A stretch of 64,000 bases of DNA, from assembly GCA_009391195.1 (NCBI GenBank), contig VEXB01000002.1, positions 20,214-84,213 of the forward strand, in the 5' to 3' direction. The translations under genes were made by a program, and so were the position numbers. The DNA comes from SAR202 cluster bacterium AC-647-P02_OGT_505m (lineage in GTDB: Bacteria > Chloroflexota > Dehalococcoidia > Lucifugimonadales > UBA826). Positions 49,251 to 58,832 of this stretch are shown here, in pieces; position 1 is the first letter of the stretch; the number at the start of each line of letters is the position of its first letter. The notes below the pieces were generated by a model. The model did not search any database. It saw only the letters and a list, made by a program, of their open reading frames with translations, and was not told the DNA's origin.

Positions 49251-50297
49251 ATGAAGAATAGGAACTGGACCACCATAGGCCATGATCAGATCCTCGAGAT
49301 ACTGGGCAAAGCTGTAGAACTGGATCGAATGTCCCACTCCTTTGTGATAACTGGAATTGAAAGTGTTGGGAAGATGACCGTCGCGCTTGATATTGCTAAA
49401 GCAGCAAATTGCGAAATCTCAAATACAGAACAGCGACCTTGTGGCGAGTGTTCTCAATGTCAACGAATTCAGTCCGGATATCACACTGATGTCTTTATAT
49501 ATGATTTAGAAATTAAAGATGGTACAAGTGGGCAATTATCCACCACAATTACAATGGAGCAACTTAGAGAAGATTTTCTGAAACAGATACACAGAAAACC
49601 ATTTGAAGGGAAAACAAGAGTATTTATTATCGCCTCCGCTGACCTGATGAGGTTAGAACAGTCGAATATATTGCTCAAAACCTTGGAAGAACCTCCAGAC
49701 GACACGATAATAATTCTCCTTGCAACCGGGACGGAAAACTTACTTGAGACAATCGTTTCCAGATGCCAGCTTTTGCAATTAAAACCGGCTAGTACTGAGA
49801 AAATAATGGAAGTGATATCCGATAGTGATTTTCATACTGAAATTGAAAGAAATAAAATTGCGAGACTTGCCAGAGGTAGGATTGGTTGGGCTATTCGAGC
49901 TTCAGGCGACTCCACCGTTGTGATGGATTTAGAAAAATATCTTGATTCAGTTGAATCTGCTGTTACAGGTTCCTTGGAAGATAGGTTTGAATTTTCTCGT
50001 GTCCTAGCAATGAGATTTCGTGAGGACACTAGAATCGGAATGTACGATATGGATTTAATGCTGACTTGGTGGAGAGATCTATTGATGTTGAGTATTGATA
50101 GTGACATGGAAATAGTTAATATTTCTAGGAGAACTACCATGGAGGACATATTGAGGTCCTTGACCACGGCGGAGATCGTAAAAGCAATATCTCAAGTAAG
50201 AATAGCGCTTGATAATATTCAAAAAAATCTGAATCCGCGACTTGTTTGTGACAACATGATGCTCAAGTTTCCGGTGACTACTATCTCATCAAGTTAG
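49251..50297 (+). CDS. holB: DNA polymerase III subunit delta'
   Basis: 348 aa. AAA+-like N-terminus, zinc module CGECSQCQRI, and SRCQ sensor motif. Confidence 0.8.
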   Translation: MKNRNWTTIGHDQILEILGKAVELDRMSHSFVITGIESVGKMTVALDIAKAANCEISNTEQRPCGECSQCQRIQSGYHTDVFIYDLEIKDGTSGQLSTTITMEQLREDFLKQIHRKPFEGKTRVFIIASADLMRLEQSNILLKTLEEPPDDTIIILLATGTENLLETIVSRCQLLQLKPASTEKIMEVISDSDFHTEIERNKIARLARGRIGWAIRASGDSTVVMDLEKYLDSVESAVTGSLEDRFEFSRVLAMRFREDTRIGMYDMDLMLTWWRDLLMLSIDSDMEIVNISRRTTMEDILRSLTTAEIVKAISQVRIALDNIQKNLNPRLVCDNMMLKFPVTTISSS

Positions 50298-50349
50298 TGA
50301 TTGCTCATGGCTATCGCGAAATTTTGTTATTCATGAATAATGATTCGAC

Positions 50350-50883
50350 TTAATTTTCCCAAGGTATGAATTGGCGCCATTCATCCTCTAGTTTCCTATG
50401 GTAAAAAATGTAATAGGGATTGGGCCTGGGGGCTCTAGGGTTTGTTCGAAGCCTCATACTGGCTTCTCTGGGAGTTAAACCAGCTTTTTTATGGTTGCAT
50501 CTGCTGCATGCACTGACCACATTCTCCCATATGTGTTTTCCACCTTTGCACCTAGGCTGAATGTGATCAATCGTTAATTTTTTTGTTCCCTTTCCACAAT
50601 ATTGGCACGTAAAGTTATCTCTGTAAAAAAGTGCTTGCCTAGATAACTTTCTTTTGACCAATGGTTTTTTAACCATGTAAAACAGGCGAACAACGGAGGG
50701 AAGTGGAAATATGTCAGCTACGCTACGTACTTCTCCGGCCCCATCTATTATTGATTCTGCTTTTCCCCGCCCCATTAGAATTAATGCGCGACGAGCGCTG
50801 CAAATATTCAGCGGCTGGTAGTTTTGATTTAATACCAACACTGGTGAATCAATTGTACCCATAGCTGAAGTCGCCATATTCAC
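50350..50883 (-). CDS. HNH endonuclease
   Basis: 177 aa. CQYCG...DHIQP...NVVSACSRCNHKK is an HNH/zinc motif. Confidence 0.85.
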   Translation of the reverse strand: MNMATSAMGTIDSPVLVLNQNYQPLNICSARRALILMGRGKAESIIDGAGEVRSVADIFPLPSVVRLFYMVKKPLVKRKLSRQALFYRDNFTCQYCGKGTKKLTIDHIQPRCKGGKHIWENVVSACSRCNHKKAGLTPREASMRLRTNPRAPRPNPYYIFYHRKLEDEWRQFIPWEN

Positions 50884-50885
50884 TT

Positions 50886-51509
50886 CTACCGTCTTGAATC
50901 CATTATTTCCAGAGCTGCCATAAAGTCGCCAGGCAAAAAACCTAGTGCATTGCCTGGAAGATTTTTGAATACTTTGACGTATGCCGATGCAATAGTGGAG
51001 CCAGTTAAACCTTCATCTGTCAATTGTTTGCTGTTTTCTACACTTGCCACCACGGAACCGGTGTTAACAATGAATGACGTGGGGCCGGGGGCTACACCTT
51101 GAATCGATTCATGTAAATCAAATTCATAGGTGAACCTCGCCATAACTATGACTAGGACAGCACTTATAATTAATCCTGTTAACAGCCCAATAATTAGACC
51201 TGCCAATCTATTAATTCCTAAGGTTGCGATATCGACAACCGTAGTGACAGGTTTGATTAATTTAACTGCTGAACGCGTAAGCACGATTGAAATGCTTATG
51301 ACCAGTAAGTAGGTCAACACGGTTATGCTTGAATCCATACTTCTAGAAAGTTGTAGAGAATCTCCGACCATCTCGGAAACTCTTCCCGCAATAAACCACC
51401 CAATCAGAATCCCGAGGAAAAATAATGAAGTCCCCAATAAACCGTTGCGCATACCCCAAAAAACGGATATTGCGATACATATAATTATAATTACATCAAG
51501 CCAATTCAT
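50886..51509 (-). CDS. CvpA family membrane protein
   Basis: 207 aa. MNWLDVIIIICIAISVFWGMRNG start and 4 TM helices, typical of CvpA. Confidence 0.75.
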   Translation of the reverse strand: MNWLDVIIIICIAISVFWGMRNGLLGTSLFFLGILIGWFIAGRVSEMVGDSLQLSRSMDSSITVLTYLLVISISIVLTRSAVKLIKPVTTVVDIATLGINRLAGLIIGLLTGLIISAVLVIVMARFTYEFDLHESIQGVAPGPTSFIVNTGSVVASVENSKQLTDEGLTGSTIASAYVKVFKNLPGNALGFLPGDFMAALEIMDSRR

Positions 51510-51592
51510 AGTAGCCAGAGTCTAGCATAGGTTTATTTCTGTATAGCTATATTTCTTGTCTATATTTCACCTTGTAAACAAGTTAAAGATGA

Positions 51593-52534
51593 CTAACTTC
51601 TTGGTTGTTCTGCCGGGACGGGATTGATCAGTCCGTCTGCGAGAGAAAATGGGATCAGGTCATCCAATTCATCCAGAGTCCATCTTCCGTTCTTATGGAT
51701 GCTTTTTATCACGTGCCTCGGTGAGTAAAGTGAAAGTGCCCAACCACTCGTCCCAAATACCTGTCCCGAGATACCCTCCGCAGCCTCTGAAGATAAGTAG
51801 ACGACCTTTGGTGCGTTGTTTGCAGGGTCTCTACTTTCTTCTGGGAGTTCAGTGGGGCTAGGTTGGGGAGCAAGCCCAGATGCTGCCCTCTGTACTTGTC
51901 TCAATTCTGTTGTACTTTGAGGGACCGTATCAGTCATTCTGGTAGATCCACCTGGATATACCGCATTTACCATAATGCCATACGGATGTAGTTCTTTGGC
52001 TACCGCTCTTGTGAAACCTACCATTCCTTCTTTAGCAGCAGCATAGTTGGCTTGCCCTGAAGCGCCCAATCCAGAGCCGGATGAAAAGAGAACGATTCGC
52101 CCATAATTTTGGTTTATCATGTATGGGGACACACTCCTAACCATATTGAAGGCCCCATAGAGGTGCACTTGGAGTACGGCGTCCCATTCTGCCTCAGTCA
52201 TGTTGAATATCATCCGATCCCTTAAAATTCCAGCAGGATGACAAAGAATATCTATTTTCCCAAAGTTATCAATAGCTGTTTTGACGATGCTTTGGGCTCC
52301 CTCATAATCTGCAACGGAGTCATAGCATGCAACAGCCTCTCCTCCCAGCGCCTTTATTTCTTCCACCACCTGATCTGCGGGAGTTGCTGAATCACCACTT
52401 CCGTCGACTGCCGCTCCTAGATCATTGACGACTATTTTTGCTCCGTCTCTAGCCAGCCATAAAGCTACCTCTCGCCCAATGCCTCTTCCAGAACCCGTTA
52501 CTATAGCGACTCTCTCTTTTACTCTGTCTCCCAT
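51593..52534 (-). CDS. SDR family oxidoreductase (canonical catalytic motif)
   Basis: 313 aa. TGSGRGIG cofactor motif and an intact NYAAAK (YxxxK). Confidence 0.85.
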   Translation of the reverse strand: MGDRVKERVAIVTGSGRGIGREVALWLARDGAKIVVNDLGAAVDGSGDSATPADQVVEEIKALGGEAVACYDSVADYEGAQSIVKTAIDNFGKIDILCHPAGILRDRMIFNMTEAEWDAVLQVHLYGAFNMVRSVSPYMINQNYGRIVLFSSGSGLGASGQANYAAAKEGMVGFTRAVAKELHPYGIMVNAVYPGGSTRMTDTVPQSTTELRQVQRAASGLAPQPSPTELPEESRDPANNAPKVVYLSSEAAEGISGQVFGTSGWALSLYSPRHVIKSIHKNGRWTLDELDDLIPFSLADGLINPVPAEQPRS

Positions 52535-52599
52535 GGTATTTCTCTCCGTAGTTCGTTTTTTATATAGGAACTGTTCATGAACATTTAATTGTGTTTGAA

Positions 52600-53523
52600 T
52601 CAGAAACCAGTCCCCATCATCTTAGGGAATAATGTGTCCATTTCCTCCATGCTGAAGTTGCCCCATTTATTGACAACCTTTTCGATTTGGGGATTGGAAT
52701 AGACGTAAAGACTTCCGCCTCTTACCCCCAGCACGTAGCCATTTATATTAGGAGATCTGTCCGTACATAGGTAAACGGCTAGTGGAGCCACATTGTCTGG
52801 ATGGTCTGGATAACCTTCTCCATCCCACGTTACAATTTCAGGAGAGGGCCCTATGCCCGCTCTTTGGTCCCTCGTTGGTCCCAAAACCTCGCTTATTCGT
52901 TTCTCTTCGACTGATCCCGTATAGAGACGAGTTTCGGCGAGGGGAGATATAGCGTTAGCAGTGACTCCATATTTCCCGAGGTCTTTAGCAGTAGTCCTTG
53001 TCAGACCGATAATTGCTTCGGAAGCGGCTGCATAGTTTGAACGTCCAACATCTCCTAGTCCCGAGTCGGCAGTCATGTTTACAATTCTGCCCCCTCTTTG
53101 TTGCCTGAACAAAATGGCTGCAAATTTCGTCGTTGTGAATGCACTCTTGGCATTATTTCTTAAAACTGAGTCAAAATCGGTTGCTGTCATTTGGTAAATC
53201 ATCCGGTCTCTTAGCGAACCAGCAGAGTTAACAAGAATATCGACGCTTCCGAAAGCGTCGACGGCATTTTGCACCACTGATTCCCCTCCCTCCATTAACG
53301 AAACGTCGTCGTAATTAGCAACTGCTGTGCCCCCATTCGATCTTATTTCCTCCACTACCATGTCAGCAGGTTCCATGGACGATCCTGTCCCGTCAACCTC
53401 TGTGCCTTTATCGTTAACTACGACGGCAGCTCCCTCTTCAGAGAGAAGCTTGGCTATACCTTTTCCTATGCCCCTGCCACCTCCCGTCACGATGGCTACC
53501 TTGCCTTCCAGCCTGTTACCCAT
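52600..53523 (-). CDS. SDR family protein, paralog of 51593..52534 with YxxxK changed to YxxxS
   Basis: 307 aa. TGGGRGIG is present. The catalytic segment reads NYAAAS (Tyr164 codon 53032-53034, Ser168 codon 53020-53022). Confidence 0.8.
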   Translation of the reverse strand: MGNRLEGKVAIVTGGGRGIGKGIAKLLSEEGAAVVVNDKGTEVDGTGSSMEPADMVVEEIRSNGGTAVANYDDVSLMEGGESVVQNAVDAFGSVDILVNSAGSLRDRMIYQMTATDFDSVLRNNAKSAFTTTKFAAILFRQQRGGRIVNMTADSGLGDVGRSNYAAASEAIIGLTRTTAKDLGKYGVTANAISPLAETRLYTGSVEEKRISEVLGPTRDQRAGIGPSPEIVTWDGEGYPDHPDNVAPLAVYLCTDRSPNINGYVLGVRGGSLYVYSNPQIEKVVNKWGNFSMEEMDTLFPKMMGTGF

Positions 53524-53661
53524 TTTTAAACTTCTCCTTGTTTATACCAAACATTTACAAAGCCTGTGTTAGTGCGCGAAGAACGCCTAATTTTCTGATT
53601 CGTTATTATATGGGGACGATACATTTTTTTTGCAAGTCATAATTTCAGGAGTATAAGCTAT

Positions 53662-54354
53662 ATGATTCACCAAGATTTCCATTGTGACTTCTTTTTTATT
53701 CGGCACGGCGAGTCCGAGTCTAACGCTACACCAGGTCTGGCAGCTGGCGCTAATTATGACGCTCCTCTCACTCATCTTGGTCAGGAACAAGCTCTTCTTC
53801 TAGGAAAAAGGATCAAACTAGAAGAATGGGATTTTGATCGTATTTATAGTTCTAGCCTTACCAGAACCGTACAGACTACAGAGTTAATGCTAGAGGGAAT
53901 GGGACAAAAAGGCCGATCTTTTAACAAGGTTGACGCTATTATCGAACAGCAGGTGGCGGGTTGGAGAGGAAGACCAATATCCGAGGTGATGACGAATGAG
54001 ACTAAATTATATATGGCCACAAAAGGAAGAGATTTTGTGGGCCCCGACGGAGAATCCATTCGGGAAGTACAGCGCAGGGCCACCAATTGGTTGGAGGACG
54101 AGTTAGTCTACAATCGGGAATTGAGTTCACAACCTCTTTCTTTGAAAATTGCCATAGTAGGACACGGGAATACCAGTAGGTCAATATTTCAATATATTAT
54201 GGGATTCGATGACAGGTTGATTTATAGATTGGGGATAGACAATACTTCGATTTCAAGATTCATGTTCGACAAAAATGGATGGTCTATATTATTTCTTAAT
54301 GATAGATCTCATTTACAGGGTTGGACGAACGGTAATTTCGAAGTCAGAAATTGA
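53662..54354 (+). CDS. Histidine phosphatase family protein (phosphoglycerate mutase-like)
   Basis: 230 aa with the FIRHGESESN catalytic RHG motif and a later GHG. Confidence 0.82.
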   Translation: MIHQDFHCDFFFIRHGESESNATPGLAAGANYDAPLTHLGQEQALLLGKRIKLEEWDFDRIYSSSLTRTVQTTELMLEGMGQKGRSFNKVDAIIEQQVAGWRGRPISEVMTNETKLYMATKGRDFVGPDGESIREVQRRATNWLEDELVYNRELSSQPLSLKIAIVGHGNTSRSIFQYIMGFDDRLIYRLGIDNTSISRFMFDKNGWSILFLNDRSHLQGWTNGNFEVRN

Positions 54355-54405
54355 GATTTATGTAGTGTCTTATAAAGGGTATTAGGTACGGCTTTCGCAG
54401 TAGGG

Positions 54406-57048
54406 TCAAACAGGATTTCCATAAAAGTCGCAAATTGTTATTGGTGACTGAATTTCAGACAGCCCATCTTCTATAGTTGCTTTATCTCCAACTACTACGA
54501 TTACTAGGTTTTCAGGATTCACATGTGTTTTGGCAGCATCCAATGTATCGTTTCTCTGGAGCGATTCAATGGATTCAAGACTGTGTTGAAAATAGTCGTC
54601 CTGAAGGTCATGGGCTGCTATGCTTACAAGTGAAGACATCATTTGAGAATTAGTTTCAAAGTTTGAGGGCATGCCTTTCAGTATTCCCTCCTTTGCTCGA
54701 TCAAATTCATCTTCTCCGATAGGCCTGCCTGAATGCAGTTTGGCAAACTCACCTATGATTTCTTTCACGGCTTCTTGAGTTACGTCAGTTTGCACACTAC
54801 CTCTTGCGAGCCATATTGAGTTTTCTTGGAGCCATTCAATTCTGGAATAAAATCCGTAGCTGTAACCTTTTTCTTGTCTCAAGTTCAGGTTGAGACGACT
54901 GGTATAGTCACCTCCCAATACATAATTTACGAAAGAAAGAGCAAAAAAGTCTTTGTGAGTTCTTGGAACTGTTAAATGCCCTGCGCGTATGACTGATTGA
55001 GGTGCTCCTGGCCTGTCAATAATGTATATTCCCGGCTTACCGTATATGGCAGTAGTATCTGGGATATCAGTTGGGGTTTGTTTTTCTTCATCATTAAAAT
55101 ACGTCTCGATTTTAGTCACGATGTCTTCTAGTTTTTCGCTGCCAACAGCCACAAAAAATTTGGGATTTTTTAAAATACTTTTTTGGTAATGGTCTTTGAG
55201 TCTCTGTCTGGTTATAAGTAATAGAGATTCTTCAGATCCAGACATCGAATGTCCATAGGCTGAAGTCTGACCAAATAATATTCCTGCACTTGCTATATCA
55301 GCTATTAAATCAGCATTATCTTTGAAGGTACTAAGATCAGCCATCTTTTCATTGCGCACTCTTGCAATCTCATTGTCGGGGAACTCAGAGTTAGTAACTG
55401 TATCGGCCAGTATTTCAATTCCTGTTTCCATATGGTTTGATAAGCCACTAACAGAGGCAATTGAATATTCTCGAGTAGTGCGATGAGAAATGCTGGAACC
55501 TAGAAATTCAATTTCTTCTGCTATTTCGGAACTGTTTCTGCTCCTAGTTCCTTCCCCGAGCATTGTCGTGGCAAACCTAGTGAGACCTGGTATGTTTTTT
55601 GGATCACCGATTCCGCCATTACCGAGAAGTACCGCAATATTTGTAATGGGTAGTTGTGGATTGTTCAAATAAAGGATTTTGTTGCCATTTGAGAGTTCTA
55701 CTCGTTCCGGTTTAGGTGGCGTGAAAGATACTGAACCGGATTCTTTCGGCATCTTACTTCTGTCCAGGCTGGGAATCGAGACCGTTTTTTCTATTCTTGG
55801 AACGACTACCATTCTCACCATATCTTTTCCAAGTGAGAGTGCGACTTTGGATACGTCTTCAGCCGTCACCGACCGATAGCGTTCTATATCTTTGTTTATA
55901 AGTTCTGGATCGCCTCCAAGAACGTTATAAAAATTTATCTGGTCCGCTCTACCTCCGAATCCTCCGATTTTTTCAAGTTGTCGAGTATGGTAGCTCTCAA
56001 TTCTATTTCGCGCCCGGTCCATTTCATTTTGACTTGGAGGTGTTATCGATATATTTCTTACCTGATCAAACAGATCGACTTCAATAGATTCAAGTTCGAT
56101 GCCGGGTGCTGCAGTCACCGTAAGATGAAACTCTCCTGCTATTTCCTGGCCATGATTGAATGAACTAACGTCATAGGCTTTTTGAGTTTCATACACTAAC
56201 TTTTTTTCAAGTCTGGAACTTCTTCCATCCGCCAAGATAACCGATAAGACGTCAAATGCGGCTTGTTCCTTAGTAAAGTCAGGTGGGGTAGGCCACGCCA
56301 AATATAATCGTGGAAGTTGAACTGAATCATGTAGAGTCACAGAAGTGGTCCCAGTAATAGGGGAAGCCATTTGGTGAAGTGTTGGTACACTTTCACCTGG
56401 CTTTATATCACCGAAGTATTTTTCGGCACTTCGGAATGCCTCATCTGGGTCCACATTTCCAGCGATCGCGAGGCTCGCATTTGATGGATGATAATATCGA
56501 CGAAAGAAATCTTTGACATCATTCAGACTTGCGGCGTCTAGGTCTTTCTGAGAACCAATAACTGGCCAGTTATATGGATGAGGGGCTGGAAAAAGTAATT
56601 CTTGAAGCTTGAGCGATGCTAGTCCGTATGGTCTATTTTCATAACTTTGCCTTCGTTCGTTTTTTACAACATCTCGTTGTAAGTCGAATCTCTCCTGGTC
56701 TAGAGCTTCTAGTAAGAAACCCATTCGGTCAGATTCCAACCAGAGTGCGAGATCCATATAGTTGGAGGGAAGTGTTTCCCAGTAATTGGTTCGGTCACTG
56801 GTCGTAGAACCATTTATGTTGGCACCTATTTTTTGAAGAGGTTCGAAGTAGTCCTTATTGTGATTCTTTGAACCCTCGAACATAACATGTTCAAAAAGAT
56901 GGGCAAATCCGGTTTTTCCTGGTTCTTCGTTTTTTGCCCCGACGTGGTACCACACATTTACTGCGACCATAGGAATTGAATGGTCTCTGTGGACTATTAC
57001 GTCAAGTCCGTTTGAAAGGGAGCGTTTTTCGAATTTTATAGAGGTCAT
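54406..57048 (-). CDS. Double-module M16 family zinc peptidase
   Basis: About 880 aa. The first module carries HLFEHVMFEGS (HxxEH), and a second M16 pair follows. I took the start at MTSIKFEKR (57048), because the earlier ATG at 57099 would overlap the upstream hotdog gene by 32 nt. Confidence 0.85.
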   Translation of the reverse strand: MTSIKFEKRSLSNGLDVIVHRDHSIPMVAVNVWYHVGAKNEEPGKTGFAHLFEHVMFEGSKNHNKDYFEPLQKIGANINGSTTSDRTNYWETLPSNYMDLALWLESDRMGFLLEALDQERFDLQRDVVKNERRQSYENRPYGLASLKLQELLFPAPHPYNWPVIGSQKDLDAASLNDVKDFFRRYYHPSNASLAIAGNVDPDEAFRSAEKYFGDIKPGESVPTLHQMASPITGTTSVTLHDSVQLPRLYLAWPTPPDFTKEQAAFDVLSVILADGRSSRLEKKLVYETQKAYDVSSFNHGQEIAGEFHLTVTAAPGIELESIEVDLFDQVRNISITPPSQNEMDRARNRIESYHTRQLEKIGGFGGRADQINFYNVLGGDPELINKDIERYRSVTAEDVSKVALSLGKDMVRMVVVPRIEKTVSIPSLDRSKMPKESGSVSFTPPKPERVELSNGNKILYLNNPQLPITNIAVLLGNGGIGDPKNIPGLTRFATTMLGEGTRSRNSSEIAEEIEFLGSSISHRTTREYSIASVSGLSNHMETGIEILADTVTNSEFPDNEIARVRNEKMADLSTFKDNADLIADIASAGILFGQTSAYGHSMSGSEESLLLITRQRLKDHYQKSILKNPKFFVAVGSEKLEDIVTKIETYFNDEEKQTPTDIPDTTAIYGKPGIYIIDRPGAPQSVIRAGHLTVPRTHKDFFALSFVNYVLGGDYTSRLNLNLRQEKGYSYGFYSRIEWLQENSIWLARGSVQTDVTQEAVKEIIGEFAKLHSGRPIGEDEFDRAKEGILKGMPSNFETNSQMMSSLVSIAAHDLQDDYFQHSLESIESLQRNDTLDAAKTHVNPENLVIVVVGDKATIEDGLSEIQSPITICDFYGNPV

Positions 57049-57067
57049 GTGGGAATCGTAACTGAGT

Positions 57068-57505
57068 TTATGGCTTGCTGGGAAGAGCAAACTCAGCATG
57101 GCCTATAACAAGTCGGACACCTTCTTGGTTTTCCATAACGATATCGCATTCAAGATCAGTACTGTTTCCAGAATCGTCTTTATCCGTAACTATCCCGCTG
57201 AAAGTTAGAGGTTTCTCATGGGGAACCATTCCTCTAAAGACAACGTCAATTTTTTTGAGGCAAACAGTTGGGGACCAGTCAGTAAGAATCTGTGACATCA
57301 AAGCTATATTCATTGCCCCAGGCACTATTGCATTTGGAAGCCCTTCTTCTTTAGCAGCCGCTTCAGAAGTGAATCGTGATGGCTTTGGATCAGGTTCTCT
57401 GAGTGATACAAACTCAAGTACTTGATCACTTTCCACTGTTCTTGTGATGGGTCCTATGTCGTCACCGAGTTCAACGTCTTCGAAATAAACTATGTTTGTG
57501 TTCAC
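57068..57505 (-). CDS. MaoC-like hotdog-fold protein
   Basis: 145 aa single hotdog fold. The segment where DxNPxHxD is expected reads DPKPSRFT. Confidence 0.7.
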   Translation of the reverse strand: MNTNIVYFEDVELGDDIGPITRTVESDQVLEFVSLREPDPKPSRFTSEAAAKEEGLPNAIVPGAMNIALMSQILTDWSPTVCLKKIDVVFRGMVPHEKPLTFSGIVTDKDDSGNSTDLECDIVMENQEGVRLVIGHAEFALPSKP

Positions 57506-57954
57506 TTACTACGATTCCTCCTGACAAATGACTCATTGACAAGTGCTACTGTGTCATCTTTCTGGTTTGTAAAGGTTGTGCGCCAGACAGAAAACACCAT
57601 TTTCCCAGATCTTCCTGTTTTTGCGTAAACTTCTTCCAGTCTCGTCGTGGCTGAAAGAGTGTCACCTGGCTTTATCTCAGATTTGCATTCTATGGATTGG
57701 CCTGCGAAAAAGCTTAAATCTCCGAATTCCAGACTTATGTCAGGCCTGGATACTCCGTTTACGAATATGTTACATATTGTCGAAGGCGCAACAACATCGC
57801 CAGTGCCGTCAGGTGATCCGATATATTTTTCATCGGTCTCTCCAGTTGATCTTGCAAATCCCACTATCATTTCTCTAGTAACACTGAATGTCCCTATGGG
57901 GTGCTCTACTCCTAAAAGACTTCTGTCGTACTTGATACCTTCATCAGTTGTCAT
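57502..57954 (-). CDS. MaoC N-terminal-type (HadA/FAS1-like) hotdog-fold protein
   Basis: 150 aa. FARSTGETDEKY...VVAPSTI pattern. Overlaps the partner gene by 4 nt. Confidence 0.7.
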   Translation of the reverse strand: MTTDEGIKYDRSLLGVEHPIGTFSVTREMIVGFARSTGETDEKYIGSPDGTGDVVAPSTICNIFVNGVSRPDISLEFGDLSFFAGQSIECKSEIKPGDTLSATTRLEEVYAKTGRSGKMVFSVWRTTFTNQKDDTVALVNESFVRRNRSK

Positions 57955-57988
57955 ATCTCATTCCTTTTTATATGGATATTGTTGCTGA

Positions 57989-58639
57989 TTATTCAATGGT
58001 TTCTTCTAGGCGTACAGGTTTAAATGTACCCTTGCGAAGCTTTTCCACGAGATCAACTTCATCTCTGATATCTTCGTTGAAACTAGTCATGCAAGTGCCT
58101 ATTGCACTAACGATATGAGCGTCACTACCACCGGTCGCCTTATACCCCTTCTCTTTGATTAAGTCCTGTGCTCTTTCTCCTTCTCCCGGACGATTGGACC
58201 CATTCAGTCCCTCAACTATTTTGACTGAATCAAATCCCGTGCGCCCATCAGCAAGATATTCCGCAAATCCTATTCCACTTCTCCCGGGATGGGCTGGTAT
58301 TGCTATTGCCCCCATATGGTCACAAATGTCGACAAGCTTTTCTGCATCCATGTTCACATCTGAAAAATCTATTCTTGAAGTGATTTCTTCAGTAACTCCG
58401 TAAACTAAAAAGTGACCGCAATCTGTATCTAATTCGGCCCCCTTAAGGATTAGAATCTGATTCTCAGCAGATAACGCTGAGTAATCAATATCGTGGTTAA
58501 ACTGCCTGTGTTCAGTGAGGACGAAACCGTCTATGGTGTTTCCCTTCTTGCGAAGGACCCCAGCCCAACGAACGTACTGCTCGACAGTGGCTCTGGAGTC
58601 GTCTGAAGCGATGGAATGAGTGTGGAGGTCCAAGAACAT
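57989..58639 (-). CDS. PHP domain metal-dependent phosphoesterase
   Basis: 216 aa. LDLHTHSIASDD N-terminal motif, with later AHPG and GGSDAH. Confidence 0.8.
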   Translation of the reverse strand: MFLDLHTHSIASDDSRATVEQYVRWAGVLRKKGNTIDGFVLTEHRQFNHDIDYSALSAENQILILKGAELDTDCGHFLVYGVTEEITSRIDFSDVNMDAEKLVDICDHMGAIAIPAHPGRSGIGFAEYLADGRTGFDSVKIVEGLNGSNRPGEGERAQDLIKEKGYKATGGSDAHIVSAIGTCMTSFNEDIRDEVDLVEKLRKGTFKPVRLEETIE

Positions 58640-58832
58640 ATGGCTATGAATACTAGGTTAGTACCTTTGTTCAGTCAAGAAAAAGTTATGTAAAAAGCCC
58701 TGGAGAATTCCAGAAAATTAGATTGTAGCGGATTTTGTTTGGAGAAATAGAAAGGTGATTCTTGGATATAAAGGTACTATCAGATAGACTCGGGTTGATG
58801 GATATTATTTCCAAAATTAAGGAGCGAATCAA

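Noticed and set aside
50327-50340. A perfect 14-nt palindrome, TTATTCATGAATAA, between the convergent holB and HNH genes.
   Set aside because: It is AT-rich, too short for a stable terminator stem, and has no U-tract. It is probably incidental.
50350-50883. The HNH endonuclease as a homing, mobile or defence element.
   Set aside because: It is a stand-alone small HNH protein abutting cvpA in a housekeeping context. There are no flanking repeats, intein or intron context, methylase or other defence partner.
53587-53790. A 67-aa minus-strand ORF overlapping the 5' end of the histidine phosphatase gene.
   Set aside because: It overlaps a well-supported gene start and the promoter region, and has no RBS or motif. 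It is likely spurious.
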